From the IMG/VR virus record IMGVR_UViG_3300023371_000069: a stretch of 64,000 nucleotides of DNA, one strand, 5' to 3'. Each line of letters begins with the position of its first letter. Within the stretch, counting starts at the first letter, position 1. This DNA comes from a virus (Duplodnaviria > Heunggongvirae > Uroviricota > Caudoviricetes). The position numbers and the translations under genes were made by a program. The notes under the pieces are model-generated. The model saw nothing but the letters and a program-made list of their open reading frames with translations. It was not told the DNA's origin and did not search any database. Positions 39,301 through 50,362 of the stretch are shown here, in pieces.

Positions 39301-40403
39301 TGTTAGTATTTGACAAAACGAAAATCAGAGAAGCTCTAACAGACGAAAATATATACGATTTGTTGCAGGAATGGGGTGGAGACCCTGGACGTGAAGTGTT
39401 CGGGTTTACCTCCACTACCATCTGCCACAACCCTCCCGGTGAAGGAAGTAGAAAATTATATTACTATGAAAATACTGGGTTGTTTCGTTGTTATACAGGT
39501 TGTGATAGCTACTTTGATATTTTCGAACTAACTACTAAGGTCGCTAAAATCCAATGGGATAAAGAGTTCGACCTAAATGACGCAGTTAGGTGGATTGCCC
39601 AACGATTTGGATTTTCTGGCGACCATGAAGACCGTCCAGAAGATGAAGCATTAGACGATTGGAAATACCTTGCTAACTACGAGCGTATTCAAGATGTTGT
39701 TGTGAAAACCAACACGGTCGTCTTAAAAGAATATGAAAATGATATATTGGAACGCTTCAACTACTCTGTGAAGATAGGTCCCTGGTTGCGGGAGGGTATT
39801 ACCCAAGCCGCACTTGACCAAGCAAGAATTGGTTATTATCCAGGAGGAGACCAAATCACAATTCCGCACTTCGACAAAGATGGTCGATTTATAGGTTTGC
39901 GTGGGCGAACACTATGTGCGGAAGAGGGCGAGCGATTCGGCAAGTATAGACCTATGAGAATTAATCGTGAGTTATATAATCATCCTCTTGGAATGAATTT
40001 ATATAATTTCAACAATAGTAAAGATAATATCAAACTGATGAAGAAAGCGATTATTTTTGAAGGTGAAAAATCTTGTTTGTTATATCAATCATATTTTGGA
40101 TTGGAAAATGATATTTCGGTTGCGTGCTGCGGGTCGAGTGTGTCATCATACCAGATACAAATGCTCATAGAAGCTGGCGCCGAAGAAATTATTGTCGCAT
40201 TTGATAGACAGTTCCAAGAAATCGGTGATGAAGAATTTAAACATTTAAAGACTAATTTAGTAAGATTAAGAGATAAATATAAGACCTTTGTTTTGATTTC
40301 ATTTATTTTTGATAAGAACATGATTACTGGTTATAAGGACAGTCCGATTGACTGCGGCCCCGATACATTTTTAAAGCTATTTAAAGAGAGGATTGTTTTA
40401 TGA
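39300..40403 (+). CDS. dnaG: DnaG-like DNA primase (zinc-binding + TOPRIM)
   Basis: CHNPPGEGS...CYTGC zinc ribbon; IIFEGEKS TOPRIM. Confidence 0.65.
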   Translation: MLVFDKTKIREALTDENIYDLLQEWGGDPGREVFGFTSTTICHNPPGEGSRKLYYYENTGLFRCYTGCDSYFDIFELTTKVAKIQWDKEFDLNDAVRWIAQRFGFSGDHEDRPEDEALDDWKYLANYERIQDVVVKTNTVVLKEYENDILERFNYSVKIGPWLREGITQAALDQARIGYYPGGDQITIPHFDKDGRFIGLRGRTLCAEEGERFGKYRPMRINRELYNHPLGMNLYNFNNSKDNIKLMKKAIIFEGEKSCLLYQSYFGLENDISVACCGSSVSSYQIQMLIEAGAEEIIVAFDRQFQEIGDEEFKHLKTNLVRLRDKYKTFVLISFIFDKNMITGYKDSPIDCGPDTFLKLFKERIVL

Positions 40404-40717
40404 TGAAAGGTGTTATCTGGTCTTATGATAGAGCGGGTGATGGAATTGAAAAACTAAAATATATCAGAGATAGATATATTTGGTCTGGTATTAATCCTAC
40501 TAGAGAAGTTTATTCTCGTCAAAATTCTTGGGTTGAGTTTGAGAATGGCGACATATGGAGAGTTGCTAGTGCTAGCGAGTCTAGTAGAGGTATTCGCTCC
40601 AATTATGCTTGGATTGACTCCCGGTGCAGTGAAGAATTCGTCGATTGCGTTATTAAAAGAACCTTGATTTGTTATAACGGTCCTCGACATTATGAATTTT
40701 TTCATGCCAAGGAGTGA
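40400..40717 (+). CDS. hypothetical protein
   Basis: ORF only. Confidence 0.3.
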   Translation: MMKGVIWSYDRAGDGIEKLKYIRDRYIWSGINPTREVYSRQNSWVEFENGDIWRVASASESSRGIRSNYAWIDSRCSEEFVDCVIKRTLICYNGPRHYEFFHAKE

Positions 40718-40781
40718 TAATTGATTTGAAACATTTTTCAAATAAATAGTTGGTGGTCTACATGAAAGGAGGTTGAATTCT

Positions 40782-42518
40782 ATGGAATATCAACTTTTAG
40801 CATCTCGCATCCCGCCTAGAGAATTAAGTGCGGTCGAACAGGTGCTGTTTAATCGAGGTATTGACCCCGAAAATGTAGAACACTATTTAAACACAACAGA
40901 TGAAGATATTCTTAATCCATAGATGATTATGAATGTCGCAGAGGGCGCAAAAGTCCTCGTGAAACACATTGCACAAGGTGACAAAGTTCTAATTTAGATT
41001 GATAGCGACTGTGATGGTTATACTTCAGCCGCCGCTTTAATCAACTATTTAAATCGTCTTTTCCCCGGCTTTGTGCAATCTAATATTTACTATCGTATCC
41101 ATACGGGGAAACAACACGGAATTCTTTTGGAAACCATCCCTGATGATGTAAAACTGGTTATCGCACCAGACTCTAGTTCTAATGACTATGATGAACATCA
41201 ACAGTTGAAGTCCAAAGGAGTGGATGTGTTGGTAATTGACCACCATGAAGCAGATAAAATTTCCGAAAATGCTGTGATTATTAACAATCAACTTTGTGAT
41301 TATCCCACCAAGTCTTTGTCTGGAGTTGGAATGGTATATAAGTTCTGTTCTTATATGGATGAACTCCTCAATGTTGATTACGCAGATGATTATTTGGATT
41401 TGGTCGCACTGGGCATGGTGGCCGACATGATGGACTTACGAGATTTTGAAACGAGACATCTGATTACACGCGGTCTTGAAAATATTCGTAATCCATACTT
41501 CAAAGGTATGGTAGACAAACAAGCGTATTCGCTGAAAGGTGAAATCACACCTATTGGAGTAGCTTTCTATATTGCTCCCTATGTAAATGCCACTATTCGA
41601 ATGGGAACGCAAGAAGAAAAGCTCATGCTATTCGAGTCTATGCTTGACTATCGGGGATATGAACTAGTCCCATCAACCAAGAGAGGATGTAAGGGTCAGC
41701 AGGAGACAAGAGTAGAGCAGGCTTGTCGTAATTGCACAAACATTAAAAATAGACAGACAAAAGCAAGAGACGCAGCCTTGGAGAACATTGAACGCATAAT
41801 CAAAGAAAAAAATCTGTTAGAGAATAAGATTTTGGTTGTCAAATTAGATACTTTTGCGGCCGATAGAAACCTTACTGGTTTGATTGCAAACCAACTAATG
41901 GCGAAATATCAACGACCAGTTCTGCTACTAAATAAGACAGTAGATGGCTGGGAGGGTTCAGGAAGAGGATACGATAAATCGAAATTTGATAACCTAAGAG
42001 AATTCTTAAAGGAAAGTGATTTAGTCATGTATGCCGAAGGCCATGCTAACGCATTGGGTGTTGGCATTACTGATGAAGCATTTAAAACCTTTATTGAATA
42101 CTCTAATCGAGAACTCGCAGAATTTGACTTTACCCCATGTTATAAAGTTGATTTCATTTTCAATGGTGCTGATTTCCGTGGAAAAGATATTGTTGAAATC
42201 GCTGAACTCAAATCTTTATGGGGCCAAGGAGTCGATGAACCTTATGTGGCGATTGAATACATTAATGTATATGCAGGTAATGTAGTTTTAATGTCGCCCG
42301 ATAAGAGTCCGACTCTGAAGATAACCTTGCCAAATGGCACGAGTTTAATCAAATTCAAGTCGTCACAAGAAGAGTATGAAAAACTCCGCTCCGAATCCGG
42401 ATGCATTACTATCAACGTTGTGGGTAAATGTGAGCGCAACGTTTGGAATGGAACGGTAACACCACAAATTATTATTGAAGATTACGAAATCGTAGGAGAA
42501 CAGAAATACTATTTCTAA
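40782..42518 (+). CDS. DHH-family (RecJ-like) ssDNA exonuclease with two in-frame TAGs (40920-22, 40995-97)
   Basis: AAAGGAGG RBS. Read through TAG the sequence gives DKVLI-Q-IDSDCDGYTSAAAL (DHH motif I), then VIDHHE and a DHHA1-like C-terminus. Confidence 0.6.
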
Positions 42519-42557
42519 TAAATAATGACGGCCTGATAGAAATATTAGGAGGAAATT

Positions 42558-43445
42558 ATGAAAAGAAAAATTATTTGTTTAGTTGCTATATTGAGCTTGT
42601 TATTCGCAGGATTGGCTGCTACGATTGCCATCACTGCCAGTGCAAATCAATCTATACCAACTGAACCAGTTGCTACTATTTCGGAAGCTTACATCCCTTC
42701 TGAGCCTTCTGAACCGGTTCTTGAAACCGAACCAGAAGAAGAGATAATTATATTAGAAGTTGTAGAGGTCGAGCGTGTCGAACCTGCTACATTAGACGAG
42801 GCTAATACTGCATTAGAAGATGCCATCTTTCGCAAAGATACAACAAAATCAGTGTATGAAGGATTATTGCTCTTGGGCTATGATACAGAACACCCGGCGG
42901 TAGTCATGGCTAAAACTGATTTCGAGAATGCTGAAGCAGATGTTGAGTATTATACCGAACAACAGTTAATTCGCCAAGAGGAAGAGAATTGGAGAGGGCG
43001 CGCAGAGGAATATCCGGTCGCCACTCAAGCTTGGCTCTATATGAAGAATGAACTTGGTTTTAGTGATATTGTTTGCGCTGGTATCATGGGTAACATGATG
43101 GCAGAATGCGGCGGTTGCTGGACTTCCGACCTTGACTGGGACGTAAGTAGTTCTAGTGGTTTTGGTATGATTCAGTGGTTAGGCGGCCGCAAACAGCAGT
43201 TATTTTCAATCTATGGAAATAATCCCAGTGTTGAAAACCAGCTTGACTTCGTAAAAGACGAATTATATGGAACTAATGGAGTGACTAAGCAGGTTACTGA
43301 CAGTCAGCTCGATAAGATTATAAATGCAGAAACTCCTGAAGATTGTGCTTATGCTTTCGCTTGTTATTATGAGCGTTGTGGCGAAGGACATCGTTGGGTG
43401 CGTAGAGATTACGCAAGACGTGCTTACGAGTATTTCGTAGGCTAA
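42558..43445 (+). CDS. secreted/membrane-anchored lysozyme-like protein (phage tail lysozyme family)
   Basis: Signal/TM segment; GIMGNMMAECGG...GFGMIQW, as in the endolysin central domain. Confidence 0.5.
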   Translation: MKRKIICLVAILSLLFAGLAATIAITASANQSIPTEPVATISEAYIPSEPSEPVLETEPEEEIIILEVVEVERVEPATLDEANTALEDAIFRKDTTKSVYEGLLLLGYDTEHPAVVMAKTDFENAEADVEYYTEQQLIRQEEENWRGRAEEYPVATQAWLYMKNELGFSDIVCAGIMGNMMAECGGCWTSDLDWDVSSSSGFGMIQWLGGRKQQLFSIYGNNPSVENQLDFVKDELYGTNGVTKQVTDSQLDKIINAETPEDCAYAFACYYERCGEGHRWVRRDYARRAYEYFVG

Positions 43446-43452
43446 TATAAAT

Positions 43453-43488
43453 AGGGAACATAATTTAATATTATGTTCCCATTATTTT
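43453..43488 (+). terminator. rho-independent terminator
   Basis: gggaacataat-ttaat-attatgttccc followed by ATTATTTT. Confidence 0.6.
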
Positions 43489-43508
43489 CATTTATAGGAG
43501 AAAATAAG

Positions 43509-43967
43509 ATGTCACAGTTACATTCAATTGCGGTGAATGGCACCGTATATGAACTACCATCAATGAATCAATTTTCAAGTCAAATACAAGATTTGGCTCG
43601 AGCTATGTCATCTACTGGGGTTACGGCTTATGAAATGACTTAGGCAATTAAAAGAATGAATGAAGTTCTTTCTCGTCTAGAATATCATAGTAGTGAGATT
43701 ACTGCTATTAAAGATGACTTGCATGATTTGCGATATGAGTGTGAAAGTCGAGATGCTGCATTACAAGCAATAATTGATATAGATGAAATAAAAATAGACG
43801 AGCTCCGGTCGGCCTTGGACGAGAAGACCGAAAACCCAAATCAAAAAGGGGATTTAGAAATTTTTTCCCAAATTGAGCAAAATCCATTTTTACCTGGTTT
43901 TGTCGACCTTGATAGTGAGGACTTTATACAACAGCGACCCTTATGGGATTTTACCGTTGATTTTTAA
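43509..43967 (+). CDS. hypothetical protein with one in-frame TAG
   Basis: Frame continuous from the ATG at 43509 through a TAG into the ORF at 43656. Confidence 0.3.
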
Positions 43968-43985
43968 TATAAATTTTGGTATAAT
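43957..43985 (+). promoter_or_regulatory. sigma-70-like promoter of the repeated family
   Basis: ttgatttttaatataaattttggtataat. Confidence 0.6.
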
Positions 43986-44007
43986 AAAAATAAAAAGGTG
44001 AATGTAA

Positions 44008-44286
44008 ATGAATAGAGAAGCACAAAAATTAGTAGAAAAATTAAATAAGGTTTATGTTGACCGAGACGAATTAAATCGAGTCTGTAAAGATAGGCTTGAT
44101 TTTGGCTTTGATAGTATTTACTTCAGATTTGCTGAGGTATGTGATGAATTAGCCATATATAAGGCTCGTGTTGAGCGCACTGACCCAATTGAAGAAAAGC
44201 GTCGTATGAATAGTCGTAAACAACATTTCTATATGACTCTTGAGCAACTGGTTCATGCGCATGACCAGGAGGATGATATAAAATGA
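44008..44286 (+). CDS. hypothetical protein
   Basis: AAAGGTG RBS. Confidence 0.35.
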   Translation: MNREAQKLVEKLNKVYVDRDELNRVCKDRLDFGFDSIYFRFAEVCDELAIYKARVERTDPIEEKRRMNSRKQHFYMTLEQLVHAHDQEDDIK

Positions 44287-45473
44287 TTTTAACAGCTAAA
44301 CAAGAAGAGGGATTAAAGATTGCGGTTTCTCGTTATAAGTCGCATGAAGCCTACACTTGTATCTCCGGCTACGCTGGCACAGGTAAGTCTACATTGATTA
44401 AGTTTATCATTGCGGCCCTTGGTCTAGAACCCGAGCAAGTGTGTTATGTGGCATATACTGGTAAGGCCGCACAAGTGTTAAAGCAGAAGGGGTGTCCTAA
44501 TCCTTTTACTGCTCACAAATTGCTTTATAAAGCAAAACCCATGCCAAATGGCACTTTTAAATTTGAACCAAAACCCTCCTTGGATGATGGGTTGGAAGTT
44601 ATTATTGTTGATGAGGTTTCTATGCTTCCAAAAGAAATGTGGTTGAGATTGTTGTCACATCGCATTCATGTTATTGCGTGCGGCGACCCCTTCCAGTTAC
44701 CTCCCATCGACAAGGATAGTGATAATCATGTACTTGACCATCCGCATATTTTCTTGGATGAAATTATGCGACAGGCATATGATAGTGAAATTATTCGTTT
44801 CTCTATGTGGATTCGTGAAGGCAAGCCTCTTAACGAATTCCCTGCATCCGGTCAACAAGTAATGTTTGTAAAGCCAGAAGAAATCGTAACTGGAATGTAC
44901 GATTGGGCAGACCAAATTCTTTGTGCGACTAACGCAAAGAGAAATGCGATTAATATGAATATGCGCCAGATTAAAGGATTCGGACCCGAACCCGCAGTTG
45001 GTGATAAGATTATTAGTTTGAGAAATCAATGGGAGTTCTTCTCTAATGGAGTTGTAGACCCAGCTCCTTTAACTAATGGCACTATTGGAGTTATCCAGCG
45101 CACTGACCGTTATGATATGAGTCTTCCATTCTGGATTAGTGAGAAAAAAATTCCTATTTTATATACAAACATGATTGACGAGAATGGTGATGTATTTAAT
45201 TATATTCCCGTCGATTATACCTCTTTGACTACTGGTGAGAAATTCTTAACTGGTAAGCAAGAGTTCCAGATGCGTAAAAATCCTAAATGTCCTGACCCTC
45301 CATTCGAATTCGCCTATGCCTATGGTATTACTTGTCATAAAGCACAAGGCTCTGAGTGGGGTAAGGTAATGGTCTATGAAGAAGGTTTTCCTTATGAAAA
45401 GACCGAGCATGCACGCTGGGCATATACTGCGGCAACCCGTGCCAGTGAAAAACTCGTTTGGGTGAGACCGTAA
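44283..45473 (+). CDS. SF1B Dda/RecD-like helicase
   Basis: GYAGTGKST, VIIVDEVSM, GDPFQLPPI. Confidence 0.7.
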   Translation: MILTAKQEEGLKIAVSRYKSHEAYTCISGYAGTGKSTLIKFIIAALGLEPEQVCYVAYTGKAAQVLKQKGCPNPFTAHKLLYKAKPMPNGTFKFEPKPSLDDGLEVIIVDEVSMLPKEMWLRLLSHRIHVIACGDPFQLPPIDKDSDNHVLDHPHIFLDEIMRQAYDSEIIRFSMWIREGKPLNEFPASGQQVMFVKPEEIVTGMYDWADQILCATNAKRNAINMNMRQIKGFGPEPAVGDKIISLRNQWEFFSNGVVDPAPLTNGTIGVIQRTDRYDMSLPFWISEKKIPILYTNMIDENGDVFNYIPVDYTSLTTGEKFLTGKQEFQMRKNPKCPDPPFEFAYAYGITCHKAQGSEWGKVMVYEEGFPYEKTEHARWAYTAATRASEKLVWVRP

Positions 45474-45475
45474 GG

Positions 45476-45504
45476 TTGACTTATAATAAAAATTTTGGTA
45501 TAAT
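45476..45504 (+). promoter_or_regulatory. sigma-70-like promoter (TTGACT-17-TGgTATAAT)
   Basis: ttgacttataataaaaattttggtataat. Confidence 0.6.
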
Positions 45505-45537
45505 TATTATATAATAAATAAGTGAAAGGATATTCAT

Positions 45538-48500
45538 ATGGGAACATATTTCAACATACATAATCATACGATGTATTCGAATATCCGTTTGCTCGATTGT
45601 ATCAATAGACCAAAAGACCTCATTGACAAAGCGATTGAGTTAGGTCTGTCTGGCATTGCGATTACTGACCATGAGTGTTTATCTGCACATATGGAAGTAA
45701 ATCAATATGCAAAGGAGATTAAAAAGAAACATCCTGACTTTATTATCGCTCTTGGCAATGAGGTTTATTTAGTAGATAAACGAGAAAATGGTATTAAATA
45801 TTATCACTTTATCTTGACTGCGAAAGATGCTATTGGACATAAAGCACTTCGTGAATTGAGTTCTATCGCCTGGTATAATTCTTATGTTGACCGAGGAATG
45901 GAACGTGTTCCGATTACTAAAGAGGAACTGACAAAAATTATGTCCAAGTATAAAGGACACGTAGTAGCATCAACTGCGTGTATGGGCGGAGAGTTATCTA
46001 CGGCCGCCTATAATATGGTGTGTGCGGAAACTGTAAATGATATGGCTTCTGCAAAAGTTTTTTATGACCAGATTTGTGATTTCATCACTTTTTGTAGAGA
46101 TATTTTTGGTGATGATTTCTATATTGAGTGTGCGCCTTCAACTGCGGAAGACCAGTGTGCAACGAATCGCAAGTTATATCGTATCGCAATGGCATATGAT
46201 ATTCCAATCATTGTGGGCACTGACTCTCATTATCTGACAAAAGCAGATAGATTTGTTCATAAATCTTATTTGAATTCAAAAGGCGGCGAACGTGAGGTTG
46301 ATAGCTTCTATGAGTTTGCTCATCTGATGAGCTATGATGAGGTTTATGATTTATTAAAGGATTGCTTCGGTGATGGCACAATCGCAGAGCAAATTCTAAA
46401 TAATTCTCATCAATTGAGATTAAAATATCAAGAGTATTCTCTTGAAAGAAAACAAATGATTCCTAAGATTGATTTGCCTGATTATCCTGCATCAAATGAA
46501 CGATGGAGATTTTCTAGCCATCCATTACTGAATGAACTTTTAACTAGCGATAATATTCAAGAGCGTTATTGGATAAATGAGTGTCTAAAGTCTTTAGAGG
46601 AAAAAGGTTTATTATTATATGATGAATACTTAACTCGTCTTGAGACTGAGGCTGATGTTATTAAAGATATTGGAGAGAAATTAGATGACTGCTTGTTCGC
46701 CTATTTTAACACCTTCAAACACTATATCGACCTATTCTGGGAATGTGGCTCAATTGTTGGCCCAGGTCGAGGCTCGGCCACAGGATTTCTGTCTAACTAC
46801 CTCTTGGGCATTACCCAGCTCGACCCAGTTAGATGGGGCTTACCTTATTGGCGTTTCCTTAACAAGGAAAGAGCCGAATTGCCCGACATCGACATTGACC
46901 TTGCACCATCAAAGCGACCCGCAATCTTTGACGCAATTCGAAGAGAACGTGGAGAACTTGGTTTGGTCCAGGTTGCAACCTTCGGAACAGAGGGTACGAA
47001 ATCAGCTATACTCACGGCTTGCCGCGGTTATAGAAGCGAGGATTACCCAGATGGAATCGATGTCGACCTCGCACAATACATGTCTTCACTGGTGCCACAG
47101 GAACGAGGATTCCTTTGGTCAATCAATGATGTCGTCTATGGAAACGAAGAAAAAGACAGACGACCCGTGGCTCCGTTCATACGTGAGGTAAACAACTATC
47201 CTGGTTTGTTGGATATTATTATGTCCATTGAAGGATTGGTTAATAAGCGTTCCTCTCACGCATCTGGTGTCATTCTATATGGTGATGACCCATTTGAAAC
47301 TGCAAGTTTTATGAGAACTCCAAGTGGAGATTTAATTACTTGTTATGACCTGCATAAGGCTGAGGCCGCCGGTGATACCAAGTATGACTTCCTGGTAACT
47401 GAAATTTCTGATAAGATTATCAAATGTTTTGAGTTACTTGTTGAAGATAATGTAATTGAAAAAATGGGTCTGCGTGACCTTTATAATAAGTATATTCATC
47501 CAGAAGTGATTGATACAAGCGACCAACGCATTTGGGACCATCTTGCGGCCGGTGATGTGTTGGATGTATTCCAGTTCAGTACTGGCGTCGGCTTGGCAAT
47601 TGCGAAGAAATTAAAGCCTCAAAATCCTATGGAGATGACTGCGGCGAACGCTATGATGAGACTTATGTCTGAAAAAGATAAAGAGTCTCAACAGGATAGA
47701 TATGTTCGTATTCAGCATCAAGGTTTGGATGTTTTCGACCGAGAAATGGATAAAGCAAACTTCACTCCCGAACAAAAAGCATTAATGCATAAGCATTGTG
47801 ACCAGTATTGGGGATGTTGCGCTCTCCAGGAGCAGATGATGGAACTTCTAATGGATGTAGCTAGTTTCACTCTGGGTGAAGCTAACAATGCAAGAAAGAT
47901 TGTTGGTAAGAAACAAATGAGTAAGATTCCTCAATTGCGTGAGCAGGTATATGGAAACTTTGATGACGTTCGAGTGGCAAACTATTTCTGGGAGAATGCG
48001 ATTGCACCTCAGTTGGGTTATGCATTTAGCTTGAACCACTCTCTACCTTACTCATTCGTAGGTATTCAGTCTATTTATTTCGTTATTAATTTCAATCCAA
48101 TTTATTGGAATACTGCTTGTTTGATTGTTAACAGTGGTTCTTTGGAAGATAATAGTGAAGAAGAGATTGTAGATATTTATGCTCCAGAAGCACAAGATTT
48201 AGCAGAGGGAGTTAAGTTTATTGACTTGCCCGATAAGTCTGCGAAAATTCGTAGAACTGCGGCAACCGATTATGGTAAGATTGCAAAGGCGATTGGAGAC
48301 ATCCAAGCCGCCGGCATTAAGGTTAGTTTAGCTGACATTAATAAGTCTAAGTTCGGTTTCGCTCCCGATGTTGAAAACAATCGAATTCTATTCGGTCTAA
48401 AGGGTATGTTAAATGTAGGTGATGATGTGGTTGCGGCAATCATTGCGAATAGACCATATAGTTCACCCAAGGACTTCTTGAATAAGGTTAAACCTGGTAA

Positions 48501-49500
48501 GCAAGCTATGATTTCTCTAATCAAGGGTGGAGCCTTTGATAGTATGGAAGATAGAAAGTTTACTATGGCCTGGTATATTTGGGAGACTTGTGATAAGAAG
48601 AGTCGAATCACTTTGCAGAATATGGGTGGTTTAATTAGACATAATCTTCTGCCTGAAAAGACTCCTGAACAGATTATGGCTCGTAGAGTATATGAGTTCA
48701 ACAGATACTTAAAAGCAATTACAAAAGCTGATAAGTATACATATGCAGGAATGTATAGTCTTGATGAAAGAGCGATTGCGTTCTTACATGAAATTGAATG
48801 TGATGATATTATGGAAACAGATAACTTATCTTGGTATGTAAAAACCAAGGCTTGGGATAATATCTACCAGAAGCATATGGATGTATTTAGAAAGTGGATT
48901 GCCTCTGATAAGGAAGCTATCTTGGATGCTTTAAATACTGAAATCTTTATGCAAGATTGGGAGAAATATGCTAAAGGAACTATTTCCGCATGGGAAATGG
49001 AAGTATTATGTTTCTATTATCACGAGCATGAGTTGGAGCATATCAATAATGATAGATATGGTTTTGTAGACTTTTATAGTCTACCAGAAGACCCAGTAAT
49101 TGAAAAGACTTTTACAAAGGGTGGCAAAGATATTCATATCTTTAAACTGAATCGTATCTGCGGCACTTGCATTGCAAAGAATAAGACAAAGAGTACGGTA
49201 ACTATTTTGACTACAACAGGTGTTGTAAATGTCAAGTTTAGAAAAGAATATTTCACAATGTTTGATAAGCAGATTTCTGAGCGTCAAGCAGATGGTACGA
49301 AGAAGATTATGGAGAAATCCTGGTTTAATCGTGGAAATATGATTGTGGTTACTGGTATTCGTTCTGGTGATGATTTCGTGTCTAAGAAATATGCTTCTAC
49401 GGGCGGTCACCAGCTATATAAAATTGATGCAGTTCTTCCTAATGGAGAATTGATTTTGAAAGACTCTCGTTATCAAGGAGGCATTGAGGAAGATGCTTAA
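45538..49500 (+). CDS. dnaE: DnaE-type DNA polymerase III alpha subunit (N-terminal PHP domain)
   Basis: PHP motifs (HNHTMYS, ITDHE). GPGRGSATGFLSNYLLGITQLDP...PDIDIDLAP aligns with the DnaE palm. Confidence 0.85.
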   Translation: MGTYFNIHNHTMYSNIRLLDCINRPKDLIDKAIELGLSGIAITDHECLSAHMEVNQYAKEIKKKHPDFIIALGNEVYLVDKRENGIKYYHFILTAKDAIGHKALRELSSIAWYNSYVDRGMERVPITKEELTKIMSKYKGHVVASTACMGGELSTAAYNMVCAETVNDMASAKVFYDQICDFITFCRDIFGDDFYIECAPSTAEDQCATNRKLYRIAMAYDIPIIVGTDSHYLTKADRFVHKSYLNSKGGEREVDSFYEFAHLMSYDEVYDLLKDCFGDGTIAEQILNNSHQLRLKYQEYSLERKQMIPKIDLPDYPASNERWRFSSHPLLNELLTSDNIQERYWINECLKSLEEKGLLLYDEYLTRLETEADVIKDIGEKLDDCLFAYFNTFKHYIDLFWECGSIVGPGRGSATGFLSNYLLGITQLDPVRWGLPYWRFLNKERAELPDIDIDLAPSKRPAIFDAIRRERGELGLVQVATFGTEGTKSAILTACRGYRSEDYPDGIDVDLAQYMSSLVPQERGFLWSINDVVYGNEEKDRRPVAPFIREVNNYPGLLDIIMSIEGLVNKRSSHASGVILYGDDPFETASFMRTPSGDLITCYDLHKAEAAGDTKYDFLVTEISDKIIKCFELLVEDNVIEKMGLRDLYNKYIHPEVIDTSDQRIWDHLAAGDVLDVFQFSTGVGLAIAKKLKPQNPMEMTAANAMMRLMSEKDKESQQDRYVRIQHQGLDVFDREMDKANFTPEQKALMHKHCDQYWGCCALQEQMMELLMDVASFTLGEANNARKIVGKKQMSKIPQLREQVYGNFDDVRVANYFWENAIAPQLGYAFSLNHSLPYSFVGIQSIYFVINFNPIYWNTACLIVNSGSLEDNSEEEIVDIYAPEAQDLAEGVKFIDLPDKSAKIRRTAATDYGKIAKAIGDIQAAGIKVSLADINKSKFGFAPDVENNRILFGLKGMLNVGDDVVAAIIANRPYSSPKDFLNKVKPGKQAMISLIKGGAFDSMEDRKFTMAWYIWETCDKKSRITLQNMGGLIRHNLLPEKTPEQIMARRVYEFNRYLKAITKADKYTYAGMYSLDERAIAFLHEIECDDIMETDNLSWYVKTKAWDNIYQKHMDVFRKWIASDKEAILDALNTEIFMQDWEKYAKGTISAWEMEVLCFYYHEHELEHINNDRYGFVDFYSLPEDPVIEKTFTKGGKDIHIFKLNRICGTCIAKNKTKSTVTILTTTGVVNVKFRKEYFTMFDKQISERQADGTKKIMEKSWFNRGNMIVVTGIRSGDDFVSKKYASTGGHQLYKIDAVLPNGELILKDSRYQGGIEEDA

Positions 49501-49729
49501 ACGATATAAGGTAAAAAATATTTATACAACCAGAGCAATTTGTGATAAGTGCGGTGGGGAGTTAATCCCCACTGGCATTTGTCTCACTACTTATCCAGCA
49601 CAATATCCTTATAAGTGTGAGAATCCCGATTGCGATGGTCATGCAACATTCTGGGAGGGTGAACTTCCCGGCAAATTAGAATACGAATTTGAGGAGGAAG
49701 TTGACATATGTACAAAATTATTGCCTTAA
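49484..49729 (+). CDS. small zinc-ribbon protein
   Basis: CDKCGG...CENPDCDGH. Confidence 0.3.
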   Translation: MRKMLKRYKVKNIYTTRAICDKCGGELIPTGICLTTYPAQYPYKCENPDCDGHATFWEGELPGKLEYEFEEEVDICTKLLP

Positions 49730-50277
49730 TGGGCGAAGCTGGGTCTGGCAAAGACCGTACAATGTAGGCGGTAATAGAAGCCAACCCTGACCTCCATGAA
49801 ATTATTAGCTGTACCACTCGCCCTATGCGCTAGGGTGAGGCACATGGTGTCAATTATTTTTATTATACTCCAGAAAAATTTGGATAGAAAGTTCTTGATG
49901 GAGAGATGCTAGAGTGTACCGTTTTCAACGACTGGTTCTATGGCACCAGCTATGACTCCGTCCGCAGCGATGGAGTAATCAATATTGGCGTATTCAATCC
50001 CACAGGCGTTGAGTCTCTCTTGGCTCGTCCGGATTGTGATGTAATTGTCTTTTGGATTCAAACCAATGACAAGATTCGTTTATTGCGCCAGTTAAACAGA
50101 GAAGAAGACCCTGACGTTAGAGAAGTTGTAAGACGTTTTTAGGCTGATTACAATGATTTTGAAGATATTGATTTTAGTTATATCGGTCTTATCAACAATA
50201 CTGAAGGCGACTTAGAAGACAACGTCAAGGAGATTTTGGTCCAGAGCGGACGCAGATTCGCTCAAGGACAAAAGTAA
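49708..50277 (+). CDS. gmk: guanylate kinase with four in-frame TAGs
   Basis: GEAGSGKD P-loop. Read through TAG the sequence gives TTRPMR-Q-GEAHGVNYFY, matching Gmk TTRPPREGEVDGVDYHF. Confidence 0.6.
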
Positions 50278-50362
50278 TTAATTGATTAAGCACAAACACT
50301 ATATTTAGTAAGAGGTTTTTTACGCCCACACAAAATATAGTTTTTTAAATGGAGGTTTTATT